Positions 41,259 through 52,812 of a stretch of DNA of 64,000 bases are shown one piece after another. Position numbers and translations under genes: made by a program. Source of the stretch: an uncultured delta proteobacterium (GTDB lineage: Bacteria; Myxococcota_A; Polyangia; Polyangiales; Polyangiaceae). The stretch is from NCBI GenBank assembly GCA_963806225.1, contig CAWDXG010000004.1, forward strand, positions 4,512,001 to 4,576,000. Reading direction: 5' to 3'. The notes below the pieces were generated by a model. The model was not told where the DNA came from and did no database searches. It worked only from the letters and a program-made list of their open reading frames with translations. The first letter of the stretch is position 1; each line of letters starts with the position of its first letter.

Positions 41259-42182
41259 ATGCTCCAGTCGCGCCTTTTGGCGGTGCTCGCCGCTGCCGCC
41301 CTTGTCCTGTCGGTAACCGCAGGTGCGGAGGCGCAGGAAGTCCAGCTCACCGGCGCGCTCAGCGGCGCCCCGGTGGTGCGCGACGCGTCGTATTCCAGCC
41401 CGAGCAGCAGGACTGCCAACGCCATTGTCATGCCCTCCGGACAGATGGAGGTGGCCGGCGAGATGGCATTCCTGACAGCCGATCCCTGGCTGTCGCACGC
41501 GGGCATCCGCTTCACCGATCTGGCCCTGTTCCGCGCGCGCGCGCGCCGGGCGCTGTCGAACCGCCTGGAGCTGTTCCTGGGCTCCGAGCTCTTGGCGAAG
41601 CAGCCCGCCGACATCGACGAGCCGGTGTGGCAGGGCGCAAACGGCGGAATGACGCTCGCCTTCAGCCGCGTCTTCGCCGCCCAGATCGCCGGCGGCGGCG
41701 GCCCCCTGCTCGACCACGCGGGATGGTACTGGCAGGCATCGCCCGGCCTGCTCGCGAAGACCAGTATCGGCGACCTCGTGCGCTTCGCCGTCCACGCGAA
41801 CGACTCGTTCACCGTGCTCGAACGGAAGCCGCGCATCGCCTGGCTGGAGGAGCTTGGGGTGGGGGGCCAGGCCGAGTGGGGCGACCGGCACGGCGCACTG
41901 TGGCTCGGCATCGACTATGCCGTGCCGATCGGCTGGGGTCCGCGTTCGAGCGCGGCAGGGCCCCCACGCGGCTACCTCGCGCCTCGCGTCCGGACCGGGC
42001 TCAGCGTTGGAGGCGTGCTCAGCGTGAGTCGCGAGGGCTGGGATCTGTACGGCACCTACTCCGTCATCGACCGCGGTGAAGCCGACCAGCCAGCCACCAC
42101 GCTTCCCATCCTCGACGGCGGATTCGACCAGCGCCAGCTGATCTTCGGGGTGGAGCACCGTTTCGGCGAGAAGAACCGCTGA
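41259..42182 (+). CDS. Probable outer-membrane beta-barrel protein
   Basis: Signal peptide (AEA); alternating amphipathic strands; ends IFGVEHRF(GEKNR). Confidence 0.6.
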   Translation: MLQSRLLAVLAAAALVLSVTAGAEAQEVQLTGALSGAPVVRDASYSSPSSRTANAIVMPSGQMEVAGEMAFLTADPWLSHAGIRFTDLALFRARARRALSNRLELFLGSELLAKQPADIDEPVWQGANGGMTLAFSRVFAAQIAGGGGPLLDHAGWYWQASPGLLAKTSIGDLVRFAVHANDSFTVLERKPRIAWLEELGVGGQAEWGDRHGALWLGIDYAVPIGWGPRSSAAGPPRGYLAPRVRTGLSVGGVLSVSREGWDLYGTYSVIDRGEADQPATTLPILDGGFDQRQLIFGVEHRFGEKNR

Positions 42183-42331
42183 GCCAGCCCACGCGGATGG
42201 CGTCGCCGATTGCGCCAACGTAAGGAGAGACGAGTCCATGTTCGCGCGCGCCGGCGTCTTCTCCAGCTTCGCACCCTGCGCGCTTCCGGGCGCGCCACGA
42301 GCTACCGCGCACCGGCGCTGACTGCGCTACG

Positions 42332-44477
42332 ATGCCGCGCCCGGTGCGTGACCTTCCCGAAAGAGTCGCTCGTGATTTGAAGCTGCCACCTGCAGGCGTC
42401 GCTGCCGTGGTGCGGCTGCTCGGCGAGGGGGCGACGGTGCCTTTCATCGCTCGCTATCGCAAAGAGGCGACGGGCGCTCTGGACGAGGTGCAGATCCGCG
42501 CGGTGGCCGAGCGCGCCCGGCTCCTCGGGGAGCTGGACGCGCGCCGCACCACGATCCTCGCCACCATCGACGAGCAGGGGGCGCTGACGGACGAGCTCAG
42601 GCGCCGCATCGAGGCGTGCACCACGCGAGCGGAGCTCGAAGATCTGTACGCGCCGTACCGACCGAAGCGGCGCACCAAGGCGTCCGTCGCTCTGGAGCGC
42701 GGCCTGGGCCCGTTGGCGGAGCGCATCCTGGCGCAGCCCGACGGCGGTCACCCGGAAAACGACGCGCGCGCCTTCGTGGACCCGTCGAAAGAAGTGCACG
42801 GCATCGAAGACGCCTTGTCCGGCGCGCGGGACATCGTGGTGGAGGCTGTCGCGGACAACGCGGACTGCCGCGCCCACGTGCGCGAGACGCTTTCCAAGCA
42901 GGGCTTGCTCGAGACGCGGGCCGTGAAGTCGAAGACGAAGGAGCGCACCAAATTCGAGGACTACTACGAGTTTTCCGAGCCTCTCGCCAGGGTGCCCTCG
43001 CACCGCTATCTCGCCATCCGCCGCGGCGAGACCGAGGGCGTGCTGCGCGTGAAGGTCGCCGTGGACGACAGGCGCTGCCTCGCGAGGCTGGAACAGATCA
43101 TGCGCCTGAGGCCGCGCTCGCCCTGGGCGCGTCTGCTACAGGACTCGGTCGAGGAGTCGTACAAGAAGCGCCTTCACCCATCCCTCGAAAAGGAGACCCG
43201 CGGCGACGTGGCCGAGCGCGCCGAGCGCGCCGCGATCGACGTGTTCGCGGAAAACCTGACGCAGCTCTTGATGGCGGCACCCTTCGGCGCGCGTCCCGTC
43301 GTTGCCGTCGATCCCGGCATCCGCACCGGCTGCAAATGCGCGGCCCTCGGCCCCGACGGCGCGTTCAAGGCCCACACCACGGTGTACCCGCTCGGCTCCA
43401 ACGCCCATCGCGAGCGCGCCGAAAAGGACTTCGCCGCCTTCGTGAACCGCCACGGCGCGGACGCCATCGCCGTGGGCAACGGCACCGGTGGTCGCGACAC
43501 CGAGCGCTTCGCCAGGAAAGCCCTCGGCGCGGGCGCGCTGGTCGTCAGCGTGAACGAGGCCGGCGCCAGCGTGTACAGCGCGTCGGACATAGCTCGCGAA
43601 GAGATGCCGGATCTGGACCTGACCGTGCGCGGCGCGGTGTCCATCGGGCGGCGACTGCAGGACCCGCTGGCCGAGCTCGTCAAGATCGATCCGAAGTCCA
43701 TTGGCGTGGGCCAGTACCAGCACGATGTCGACGCCGGCCTTCTGGAGCAGAAGCTCCGCGAGGTCGTGGAGAGTGCGGTGAACCGCGTGGGGGTGGAGCT
43801 ATCGACGGCCAGCCCGTCCCTCTTGTCGTACGTGGCCGGCGTCGGCCCGAAGCTGGCGAAGGCGATCGTCGAGGAGCGGGGTCGCCGCGGGCGCTTTTCG
43901 CGCCGGACCGACATCCTGAAAGTGAAAGGACTGGGCCCGAAGGCCTTCGAGCAATGCGCCGGCTTCCTGCGCATCCGTGACGGGAAGAACCCCCTCGATG
44001 CTTCGGCGGTCCACCCGGAGCGCTACCCGCTGGTGGAGCGGATGGCGAAGGATCTCTGGCGTGTCGCTTTCGAGCCTGGTGGGCAACGCCGAGGCCGCGA
44101 AGAAAATCGACATTCGCAGCTACGTGAGCGGCGATGTGGGCGAGCCCACGCTCAGGGACATCATCGCCGAGCTGTCCAAGCCGGGCCGCGATCCGCGCGA
44201 CAGCTTCGAGGCGCCGAGCTTTCGCGACGACGTGAACGAGCTCGAGGACCTCTCGCCCGGCATGCTGCTCGAAGGCGTGGTCACCAACGTGACGGCTTTC
44301 GGCGCCTTCGTGGATGTCGGCGTGCACCAGGATGGCCTGGTGCACATCTCCCAGCTCGCGGACCGTTTCGTGAAGACGCCCAGCGATGTGATCAAGGCGG
44401 GCGAGCGCGTGAAGGTGCGCGTGATGTCCGTGGATCTGGAGCGCAAGCGCATTGCCCTCAGCCGCAAGGGTGTTTGA
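42332..44477 (+). CDS. tex: Tex-family transcription accessory protein with S1 domain (one +1 frameshift at ~44057)
   Basis: GATVPFIARYRKE, DPGIRTGCK, EAGASVYSAS and DPKSIGVGQYQHD motifs; after repair KDLGVSL and an S1 domain (FGAFVDVGVHQDGLVHIS). Confidence 0.93.
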
Positions 44478-44482
44478 GTTGC

Positions 44483-45253
44483 CTAGCTTGCGGTAGCGAT
44501 CGTCGTGTGCGGTTCGAGCAGCGAGAGGACGCGCGCGGAGAGGTCCTCCCAGATCAGAGCGGAGAGCCCCCACCACAGCACGATCCACAGCGGCACACCT
44601 CCGAACCAGCCGAGGGCGTAGTGGTGCAGTCCTCCGAGCTTTATGTACGCGACCTCCACGAGCGGGCCGAGCACGACGAAGACCCCGAGCACGGCCAGGC
44701 GACGACGATCGGGGCGGAGCAGTGCGAGCGCCACGACGAGTGCGAGTGCGAAGGGCAGCCACGACCAGAGCGGATCGAGGAAGCTCCGGTAGATGGTCTG
44801 CCGCGTGGCGACGACGATCGCGACGAGCACGCCGACGCGCCACGCGGCGCTCGTCACGCTGCGGCGACCGAGGTGCAGCGTGTCTGGCGGCGCGCCGAGC
44901 CGGAGGCGCTGCCAGCGGAAGAGCGTCGCGATGAAGCGCAGGATGAGCCCCCAGTACAGCAGCATCCACAGGGGAAGAAGCGACACGGACGGGAAGTACA
45001 CCGGCACCGTGTAGGCGTAGATGTGGTGGCGTGTGACCGAGCTCCAGTCGTTGAAGGCGCCGAGCACGGTGCACAGTGCGAAGAAGGCGAGCTCGCGGCC
45101 ACGCGGCCCGCGGAAGAGAGCGAAGCGCGCGATCACGACCGCAGGGACGAACGCGCTCATGAACGCGAGGTGATGCGCCGCCGCGCAGATCGCCACGCTG
45201 ACCACGACGATGGCCGCCGCATCCAGCGCGAACGCTCTGTCATCGACGTCCAT
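44483..45253 (-). CDS. Membrane protein with two DUF2878-like repeats
   Basis: Internal duplication: LGAFNDW...IYAY...LPLWMLLYWG and LGPLVEV...LHHY...VPLWIVLWWG; about 8 TM segments. Confidence 0.65.
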   Translation of the reverse strand: MDVDDRAFALDAAAIVVVSVAICAAAHHLAFMSAFVPAVVIARFALFRGPRGRELAFFALCTVLGAFNDWSSVTRHHIYAYTVPVYFPSVSLLPLWMLLYWGLILRFIATLFRWQRLRLGAPPDTLHLGRRSVTSAAWRVGVLVAIVVATRQTIYRSFLDPLWSWLPFALALVVALALLRPDRRRLAVLGVFVVLGPLVEVAYIKLGGLHHYALGWFGGVPLWIVLWWGLSALIWEDLSARVLSLLEPHTTIATAS

Positions 45254-45255
45254 GG

Positions 45256-46482
45256 CTACCGCCGCGTGAGCGACACCAATTCGCGCGCCAGATGCGCCGG
45301 ATGGCGGAGCCCCCAGGCGTACTCGTCGGTGGTGTAGTTCTGCGCCCAGTTGCAGTCGCCGCCGCACTGGTCGGGGCGTGGTCCGTGGAAGTGCGTCGGG
45401 TCGATGCGTCGGCGCGCGTGGGCGTACAGCGCGTCGACGCTGTCGAAGTCCAGCACGTCGATGCGCACGGGTTCCACGTTCGCGCTCGCCTTGCACGGCC
45501 ACGCCAGCTTCCCGTCGTGGTCGACGTGCGGCTTGAGCGTGTTGCGGCAGTCGAGCGGCGCGGCGTGCAGCAGCCGGTCGTTCATGCGCGCCGAGCCGCT
45601 GATGCGCGCTCCGGCGCGCTTGCGTTCCACGATGGTGCGCGCAAGCTCCTGGTAGTCAGGATCCGCCAGCACGTCCGGGTCGATGCGCGGCCCCTTGTTC
45701 TGCGGTACCGGGCAGAACCAGATACCGAGATCATCGGCCAGGTCGAGCACCGAGCGCGCTTCCTGCACGAGCCCCGGCTGGATCACCGTGTTGACCATCA
45801 GCTTGACGTGCATCTCGTCGGCGAGCTCGCGCAGCATCAGCAGATTCCTGATCACGTCTTCGGGATGCTTCGTCACCCACATGCGCTCCAGGGTGTCGAG
45901 CTCGAGCGCGTCGAGGCTCACCACCAGGAGGTCGACATCGGCCAGGAACGTCCGCCACTCGGGCCTTTCGAGAAGGCGATGGAAGAGGCTGCCGTTGGTG
46001 TTGACGACAATGGGGTAGTAATCGAGGTCGCGCGCTTCACGAATCAGCTCAGGCAGATCGCGACGGAGCGTCGGCTCGCCCCCGGCGAAGTACACGCTGG
46101 GGGTGCGCGTGCGCATCACACGGAGCAGGCGCTTGCCGGCGGCGGTGTCGAGCCGGCCGTGGCCGTCGAGCTCCGGATAGCGCGCGCCCCGGTGGTCGTC
46201 GCAGTAGCTGCAGCGGAAGTTGCATGGCCTGAGCGTCGTCCAGATGAAGTAGAGCGGCCACAGGTCCTCGCGACCCGCGCGCGTGCGCCGCAGGTTGCCG
46301 GCGTAGTTCTGCGCGGCTGTGCGCCAGCTCTGCGCGCGGCGGCGCCATTCCGTGGGACCGGTGCGCGGCGTCTCGATCCGGGGGCGCAGTCTCGCGGCGA
46401 GCTCGTGCGCTTCGGAAGACAGCGCGTTCCAGTCTGGATGCCCTTCGCGGGGCGTGTAGCGGGAGAAGACGAGACGTTCCAT
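45256..46482 (-). CDS. Radical SAM protein with Twitch/SPASM-like C-terminal Cys
   Basis: CNFRCSYC, GGEP, NTNG and VSLD motifs; C-terminal CRN...DGKLAWPC...CGGDC. Confidence 0.9.
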   Translation of the reverse strand: MERLVFSRYTPREGHPDWNALSSEAHELAARLRPRIETPRTGPTEWRRRAQSWRTAAQNYAGNLRRTRAGREDLWPLYFIWTTLRPCNFRCSYCDDHRGARYPELDGHGRLDTAAGKRLLRVMRTRTPSVYFAGGEPTLRRDLPELIREARDLDYYPIVVNTNGSLFHRLLERPEWRTFLADVDLLVVSLDALELDTLERMWVTKHPEDVIRNLLMLRELADEMHVKLMVNTVIQPGLVQEARSVLDLADDLGIWFCPVPQNKGPRIDPDVLADPDYQELARTIVERKRAGARISGSARMNDRLLHAAPLDCRNTLKPHVDHDGKLAWPCKASANVEPVRIDVLDFDSVDALYAHARRRIDPTHFHGPRPDQCGGDCNWAQNYTTDEYAWGLRHPAHLARELVSLTRR

Positions 46483-46485
46483 GGC

Positions 46486-47106
46486 TCAGCCTTTCTGTTG
46501 CAGGGCCAAAATGACGGCGGACAACGCGCCGACGGACATCGCGGCGAGCGTGTCGATGGCGCGCTCGCGCGGAGTGTTGCCGAACAGGAATTGAAGGCCG
46601 ACGCGTGTCCAGAGCCCGAGCAGGCCGTGAGCCACGAGCTCCGCGTCGGTCAAGCCGTCGCCGGCGAGCGCGCGCAGGCGCCCGGCGAGGAACGCCACGA
46701 TGGGTGGGCTGATGCCGTCGCGCAGCCCTGCGAGGCTACCGTCGATCCCCGCACGTTCGGCGAAGGCCGCGACCAGCCCGCGTTCTGCCTGCCAGTGGTC
46801 GAGACAGACCGTCGCGAGCGCACGCGCCCCAGTCCGGGGCTCGACCTCGGGGGGCCAGGCGCTCTCCAGCTTGCCGATCAGCTCCGCATTGAACGCGGCG
46901 AGCAGCTCGTCGGCCGCCGCTTCCTTGCTGTCGAAGTGCACGTAGAAGGTGCCGTGCGCTACGCCCGCGCGACGCGCGATGTCGCCGATCTGCGTGGCGA
47001 CGAAGCCCTGCTCGGCGAAGCAGTCGTGCGCCGCTCCGAGCAGGGTCGCGCGCGTGTCCGCTTTCTGCTGCTGACGCTTGGTCCGCGAAGGCTTTTTAAG
47101 TGACAC
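46486..47106 (-). CDS. TetR/AcrR-family transcriptional regulator
   Basis: FAEQGFVATQIGDIARRAGVAHGTFYVHFDSKE helix-turn-helix. Confidence 0.93.
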   Translation of the reverse strand: MSLKKPSRTKRQQQKADTRATLLGAAHDCFAEQGFVATQIGDIARRAGVAHGTFYVHFDSKEAAADELLAAFNAELIGKLESAWPPEVEPRTGARALATVCLDHWQAERGLVAAFAERAGIDGSLAGLRDGISPPIVAFLAGRLRALAGDGLTDAELVAHGLLGLWTRVGLQFLFGNTPRERAIDTLAAMSVGALSAVILALQQKG

Positions 47107-47129
47107 TACGTCACTGATAGCAAGTCAGT
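47099..47129. promoter_or_regulatory. Probable TetR operators overlapping the regulator's start and -10
   Basis: AGTGAC-N5-GTCACT (47099-47115) and ACTGA-N7-TCAGT (47113-47129); minus-strand TTGTGC-N17-TATCAG-N7-GTG. Confidence 0.6.
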
Positions 47130-47152
47130 CAGATGTGCACAAGGGGCAAGTT

Positions 47153-47201
47153 TGTAGCAAAATGCCACAAACTTCTGGGCGAAATGTGGCATTTTGCTAC
47201 G
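47153..47201. promoter_or_regulatory. Inverted pair of quasi-palindromic TGT-N11-AC(A/G) sites
   Basis: Perfect 16-bp inverted repeat GTAGCAAAATGCCACA / TGTGGCATTTTGCTAC with a 15-nt spacer. Confidence 0.55.
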
Positions 47202-47255
47202 AAACTGCGTTCGGCTGGCGTTGACAGTGCCGGCGCGCGCGCGTTCGCTTGCCGC

Positions 47256-49331
47256 ATGCGCCGCCTGCTTCGCCTGCTTTCCGGATGTGCTCTGTTCGTG
47301 CTGCCGTGGTTCGCAGCCTGCGCCGTCACGGACGCGACCACGTCGCATTTCCATCAGCCCGACGGTGGCCTGGGCGGCGCCGCCGGCGCGGACTCCGGCT
47401 GTACAGGCACTGGTAGCGGCGCGACCGGCAGCGGCGCGACCGGCAGCGGCGCGACCGGCAGCGGCGCATGCGGCGCCGGTGCCACGGGTCCCGGGGGCAG
47501 CGGCGGCGCGCCGGACGCGGGACCGCCAAAGTGCGCCGACTCGCTCAAGCGCTGCTCGCACGAGTTCGACTACCCGGTGGGCAGCGAGCAGACCGTGGAG
47601 CTGCGCGGCGACTTCGCGCCAACCGGTTGGACGAAGGGCGTGCCCATGACGAAGCAGGGTTCCAACTGGGCGGCTTCGGTGGCGCTGCCCTATGGAACCA
47701 ACGTCCAGTACAAGTTCGTCATAGACGGCACGAACTGGGTAACGGATCCGTCGAACCCGAACACCGCCCCGGACGGCCAGGGCGGGCAGAACTCGCTCCT
47801 CAAGGGCGTGACCTGCTCCGACTGGAGCTGCGTGCCGCCGCCGACCCTGGGTTACGACTGGCGCGACGCGGTTCTGTATTTCGTGTTCGTGGATCGCTTC
47901 AAGAACGGCGATCCGTCGAACGACGGACAGCCCGTGTCCGGCGTCGCACAGGCGGCGAACTACCAGGGTGGCGACTGGGCCGGCGTGAAGCAGGAGATCG
48001 ACGCGGGCTACTTCACCGATCTCGGCGTCAACACGCTGTGGCTCACCGTGCCGATGGACAACCCGGAAAAATCCGGCCTCGGCTCCGACGGCAAGCAGTA
48101 CAGCGCCTATCACGGCTACTGGCCGATGAACCTCGACAAGCCGGAGGAACGCTTCGGCACACTGGCCGAGCTGAAAGCGCTCGTCGACGACGCGCACCAG
48201 CACAAGCTCAAGGTGATCCTCGATTACGCGATGAACCACGTGTACATCGACTCGCCCGTCTACCAGCAGCACAACGACTGGTTCTGGCCGCTGATGAAGG
48301 GCAGCACCAACTGCACCTGCGGGCAGGGCTGCTCGTGGGACGGGCCGGACGCCAAGCGTTGCTGGTTTGCCGACTATCTGCCCGACTTCAACTTCACGGT
48401 GCAGGCGGCGCGCGACTTCTCCGTCGGCAATGCGATCAGCTGGATCAAGAACACCGGCATCGACGGCTTCCGGCTCGACGCCGTCAAGCACATCGAGGAC
48501 TCGTGGGTGATCGAGCTGCGCTCGAAGGTCACGAGCGAGATCGAGCCGACGAGCAAGCAGCACTTCTACATGGTCGGTGAAACCTTCACCGGCGACCGCA
48601 ACGCCATCCGCTACTACGTCAAGCCGAGCATGCTCGACGGGCAGTTCGATTTTCCGCTGCGCTCCGAGATGCTGAGGACGCTCTTGATGCGCAGCGCGCC
48701 GCTGTCCGAGCTGGGCGGCTTCCTTTCGACCAACGACGACTTCTACGGTTCAGGGATCATGAGCACGTTCATCGGCAACCACGACGTGCCGCGCGTGATC
48801 GAGTTCGCCCTGGACACGCCGATGTGGAACAACGAATGGGCGGACGGCAAGGACCGCGCCTGGCAGAACCAGCCGGGGACGCCCACTTCGGCTTCGCCCT
48901 ACGAGCGCCTGGCGACGGCATACACCGTGCTGTTCACGCTGCGCGGCATCCCGCTCATCTACTACGGCGACGAGATCGGCATGGCCGGCGCCGGCGACCC
49001 GGACAACCGCCGCATGATGCAGTGGAGCGGCCTCACGCAGAACCAGACCCAGCTGCGCGATCACATCAAGAAGCTCACGGCGATCCGCTCGGCGCACGCG
49101 GCGTTGCGCGACGGCAAGCGCGCGACGTTGTCCGTCAGCGACAACACCTTCGCCTACAGCATGACGTACAACTCCGACACGGTGTACGTGCTCGTCAACC
49201 GGGGCGACAGTGCCGCGCCTGTTGGCGGCCTGCCCGCCGGCAACTACAAGAACCTGCTGGACGGCAGCCAGGTCAGCGGCCCCGCGCCCAATCTGCCAGC
49301 GCGCTCGTCGATGGTGCTGGTCGCCAACTAG
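47256..49331 (+). CDS. GH13 alpha-amylase lipoprotein with N-terminal CBM48/E-set domain
   Basis: Lipobox FAAC; QYKFVIDG-WVTDP; YHGYW, GFRLDAVKH, VGE and FIGNHD motifs. Confidence 0.92.
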   Translation: MRRLLRLLSGCALFVLPWFAACAVTDATTSHFHQPDGGLGGAAGADSGCTGTGSGATGSGATGSGATGSGACGAGATGPGGSGGAPDAGPPKCADSLKRCSHEFDYPVGSEQTVELRGDFAPTGWTKGVPMTKQGSNWAASVALPYGTNVQYKFVIDGTNWVTDPSNPNTAPDGQGGQNSLLKGVTCSDWSCVPPPTLGYDWRDAVLYFVFVDRFKNGDPSNDGQPVSGVAQAANYQGGDWAGVKQEIDAGYFTDLGVNTLWLTVPMDNPEKSGLGSDGKQYSAYHGYWPMNLDKPEERFGTLAELKALVDDAHQHKLKVILDYAMNHVYIDSPVYQQHNDWFWPLMKGSTNCTCGQGCSWDGPDAKRCWFADYLPDFNFTVQAARDFSVGNAISWIKNTGIDGFRLDAVKHIEDSWVIELRSKVTSEIEPTSKQHFYMVGETFTGDRNAIRYYVKPSMLDGQFDFPLRSEMLRTLLMRSAPLSELGGFLSTNDDFYGSGIMSTFIGNHDVPRVIEFALDTPMWNNEWADGKDRAWQNQPGTPTSASPYERLATAYTVLFTLRGIPLIYYGDEIGMAGAGDPDNRRMMQWSGLTQNQTQLRDHIKKLTAIRSAHAALRDGKRATLSVSDNTFAYSMTYNSDTVYVLVNRGDSAAPVGGLPAGNYKNLLDGSQVSGPAPNLPARSSMVLVAN

Positions 49332-49416
49332 CGGCGGGCCCGGCGCCCGCAGAAATCTGCAGGCCCGGGGGAACATCCGGCACGCGCATCGTACCAAGCA
49401 AGGAGGAGGTTCCACC

Positions 49417-50532
49417 TTGCGGAGTCGGTCTCTGGTTGTTCTCGGGTTGGGATGCGTGTTCGGTTGCGGGACGCCGCCGCCTGCCCCGCGCGTTGCGCCG
49501 CGCGTCGCGCGCTCGACGCCTGCTCCGCCCGTGCCGGCATCGGCATCTGCGGCGCCGTCCGCCGTACCCCCTCCCGCGCAGCCCCACCCGCAGCCTGCAG
49601 AACCCCGCGTGCTCGCTCGCATCCAGCGCGCGGCCGCCTCGCCGTGCGTGGAGAGCGAGCTGCCGGCGGCCTATCGCACCGGGCCGCACGCGGTGGGTCC
49701 GAACCTGGGGCGGGGGCTGGCCATCAGGTTGCCTCCGACCGGCGTGACCGGCGGCATGGTGAAGAAGCGCAAGGTGGTCGTCTACCGTTCGTACAAGCTG
49801 GATCCCCGTTCGGAGATCGGCGACGCGGGCTACCGCGTGTCCATCGCCGACGGACACGGCAAGACGGAGGACCTGTCGCTCGGCCTGAGCCAGATGCGCC
49901 CCTACGTGATCGTGCAGAACGATCACCTGCCGCTCCTCGACGGTGACGTGCTCCAGGTTGCCGCGGACGTGCGCGAGATCGACGACAAGAGCATCACGTT
50001 TCCGCCGGTCGGGCTGCACGCCAAGCGCCAGAAGCAGGGACTGATGCTGCGCTGCCCGCTCGCCGACCTCCGGCGCGACAGCGACAAGGACGGTCTGACC
50101 GACCTCGAGGAAGCCCGTCTGGCGACGGATCCGGCCGACCCGGACACCGATCACGACGGTCTCGCCGATGGCGTCGACCCGGCGCCCCTCGGGGCGGACA
50201 AACCGGCCACGCCGGAGGACGAGGTCCGTGAAGCTGCCTACGAGCAGATCGTCGGACGCTTCGTGAAGGGGCAGCTGCTGATCCAGAAGTCGACCGGGCC
50301 GCGCCTCGACGTGCGCGGCGTGAAATACCGGCTGATCACCCTGCGCCCCGGGGAGCTCGCGGCGTACGAGAAGCGTTTCGGTTTCAGGGTCACGTTCAAC
50401 GTCCATGTGAAGATGAAGGACAAGGACCACGCCAAGGTGGCGGTGAGCTTCGGTTGGGTCGGGGGGGACTGGAACGCCGAGCGCACCGCCCAGGGCTGGC
50501 ACTTCACGATGTCGGGGCAGTGGATCACCTAG
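49417..50532 (+). CDS. Hypothetical lipoprotein with Ca-binding DxDxDG (TSP3-like) repeats
   Basis: TTG start after SD AGGAGG; lipobox VFGC; Pro-rich linker; DSDKDGLTD...DTDHDGLADG. Confidence 0.68.
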   Translation: MRSRSLVVLGLGCVFGCGTPPPAPRVAPRVARSTPAPPVPASASAAPSAVPPPAQPHPQPAEPRVLARIQRAAASPCVESELPAAYRTGPHAVGPNLGRGLAIRLPPTGVTGGMVKKRKVVVYRSYKLDPRSEIGDAGYRVSIADGHGKTEDLSLGLSQMRPYVIVQNDHLPLLDGDVLQVAADVREIDDKSITFPPVGLHAKRQKQGLMLRCPLADLRRDSDKDGLTDLEEARLATDPADPDTDHDGLADGVDPAPLGADKPATPEDEVREAAYEQIVGRFVKGQLLIQKSTGPRLDVRGVKYRLITLRPGELAAYEKRFGFRVTFNVHVKMKDKDHAKVAVSFGWVGGDWNAERTAQGWHFTMSGQWIT

Positions 50533-50583
50533 CCGTGCCGCCGCCCTGCGATGCGCGGGCGGTTCTGCTACGGTCGTTTCCGG

Positions 50584-51117
50584 ATGAGCTATCTCGCCCT
50601 GTCCTGGGTCGTGGTAGGCGTGGTGATCGCGTTGTGGCTGTACCTGGCCTGGCGCCACCGCGATGCGCGACTCGACCGGCTGAGCCTGAAGGAAGGCGAA
50701 GAGCTGTGCTTCGATGACGAGGAGGCGCGCTTTGCCGCCGTCGGGAAGAACCGGCACACCGGAAAGGCGCCCTCCTTCCGCCGCGCCGTGGTGCGGCTGA
50801 CTTCCGAGCGGCTCATCGTGGCGGAGCCGATGGGGCCGATCACGCGAATGCGTTGGGCCGTGTACCACCGTGGCGTGCTGCCGGACGCCGTGGGCAACGC
50901 CTGGACCGACGGCTACGTGAGCTTCGCCACTTCGCCGGCGCATATCAGCGTCCAGCTTGAAGCGAACAAGCGCTGTCTCCGCATCAGACCCAACGGCGAG
51001 ACGACCGCCGGCCCCGCACCCGAGCACCTCGCGATCGAGAGTCCGCGCCTGGGCGAGTACATGGCAGTCCTCGGGCGCTCCGGCGAGGGCGCTGGCCAGC
51101 GGCGCTCTCCCGGGTAG
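50584..51117 (+). CDS. Hypothetical membrane-anchored protein (possible PH-like fold)
   Basis: N-terminal TM; VRLTSERLIV motif. Confidence 0.6.
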   Translation: MSYLALSWVVVGVVIALWLYLAWRHRDARLDRLSLKEGEELCFDDEEARFAAVGKNRHTGKAPSFRRAVVRLTSERLIVAEPMGPITRMRWAVYHRGVLPDAVGNAWTDGYVSFATSPAHISVQLEANKRCLRIRPNGETTAGPAPEHLAIESPRLGEYMAVLGRSGEGAGQRRSPG

Positions 51118-51129
51118 ACTGCGCCCCCG

Positions 51130-52804
<1,675 letters not shown>

Positions 52805-52812
52805 AGGCTTGG

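Noticed and set aside
45256..46482. RiPP maturase role for either radical SAM enzyme
   Set aside because: No adjacent precursor ORF, RRE/PqqD domain, peptidase or exporter
47216..47230. sigma54 promoter TGGC-N8-TGC before the amylase
   Set aside because: GG-N10-GC spacing fits, but it overlaps a perfect TTGACA and lies too close to the upstream dyads for typical looping; the sigma70 reading is preferred
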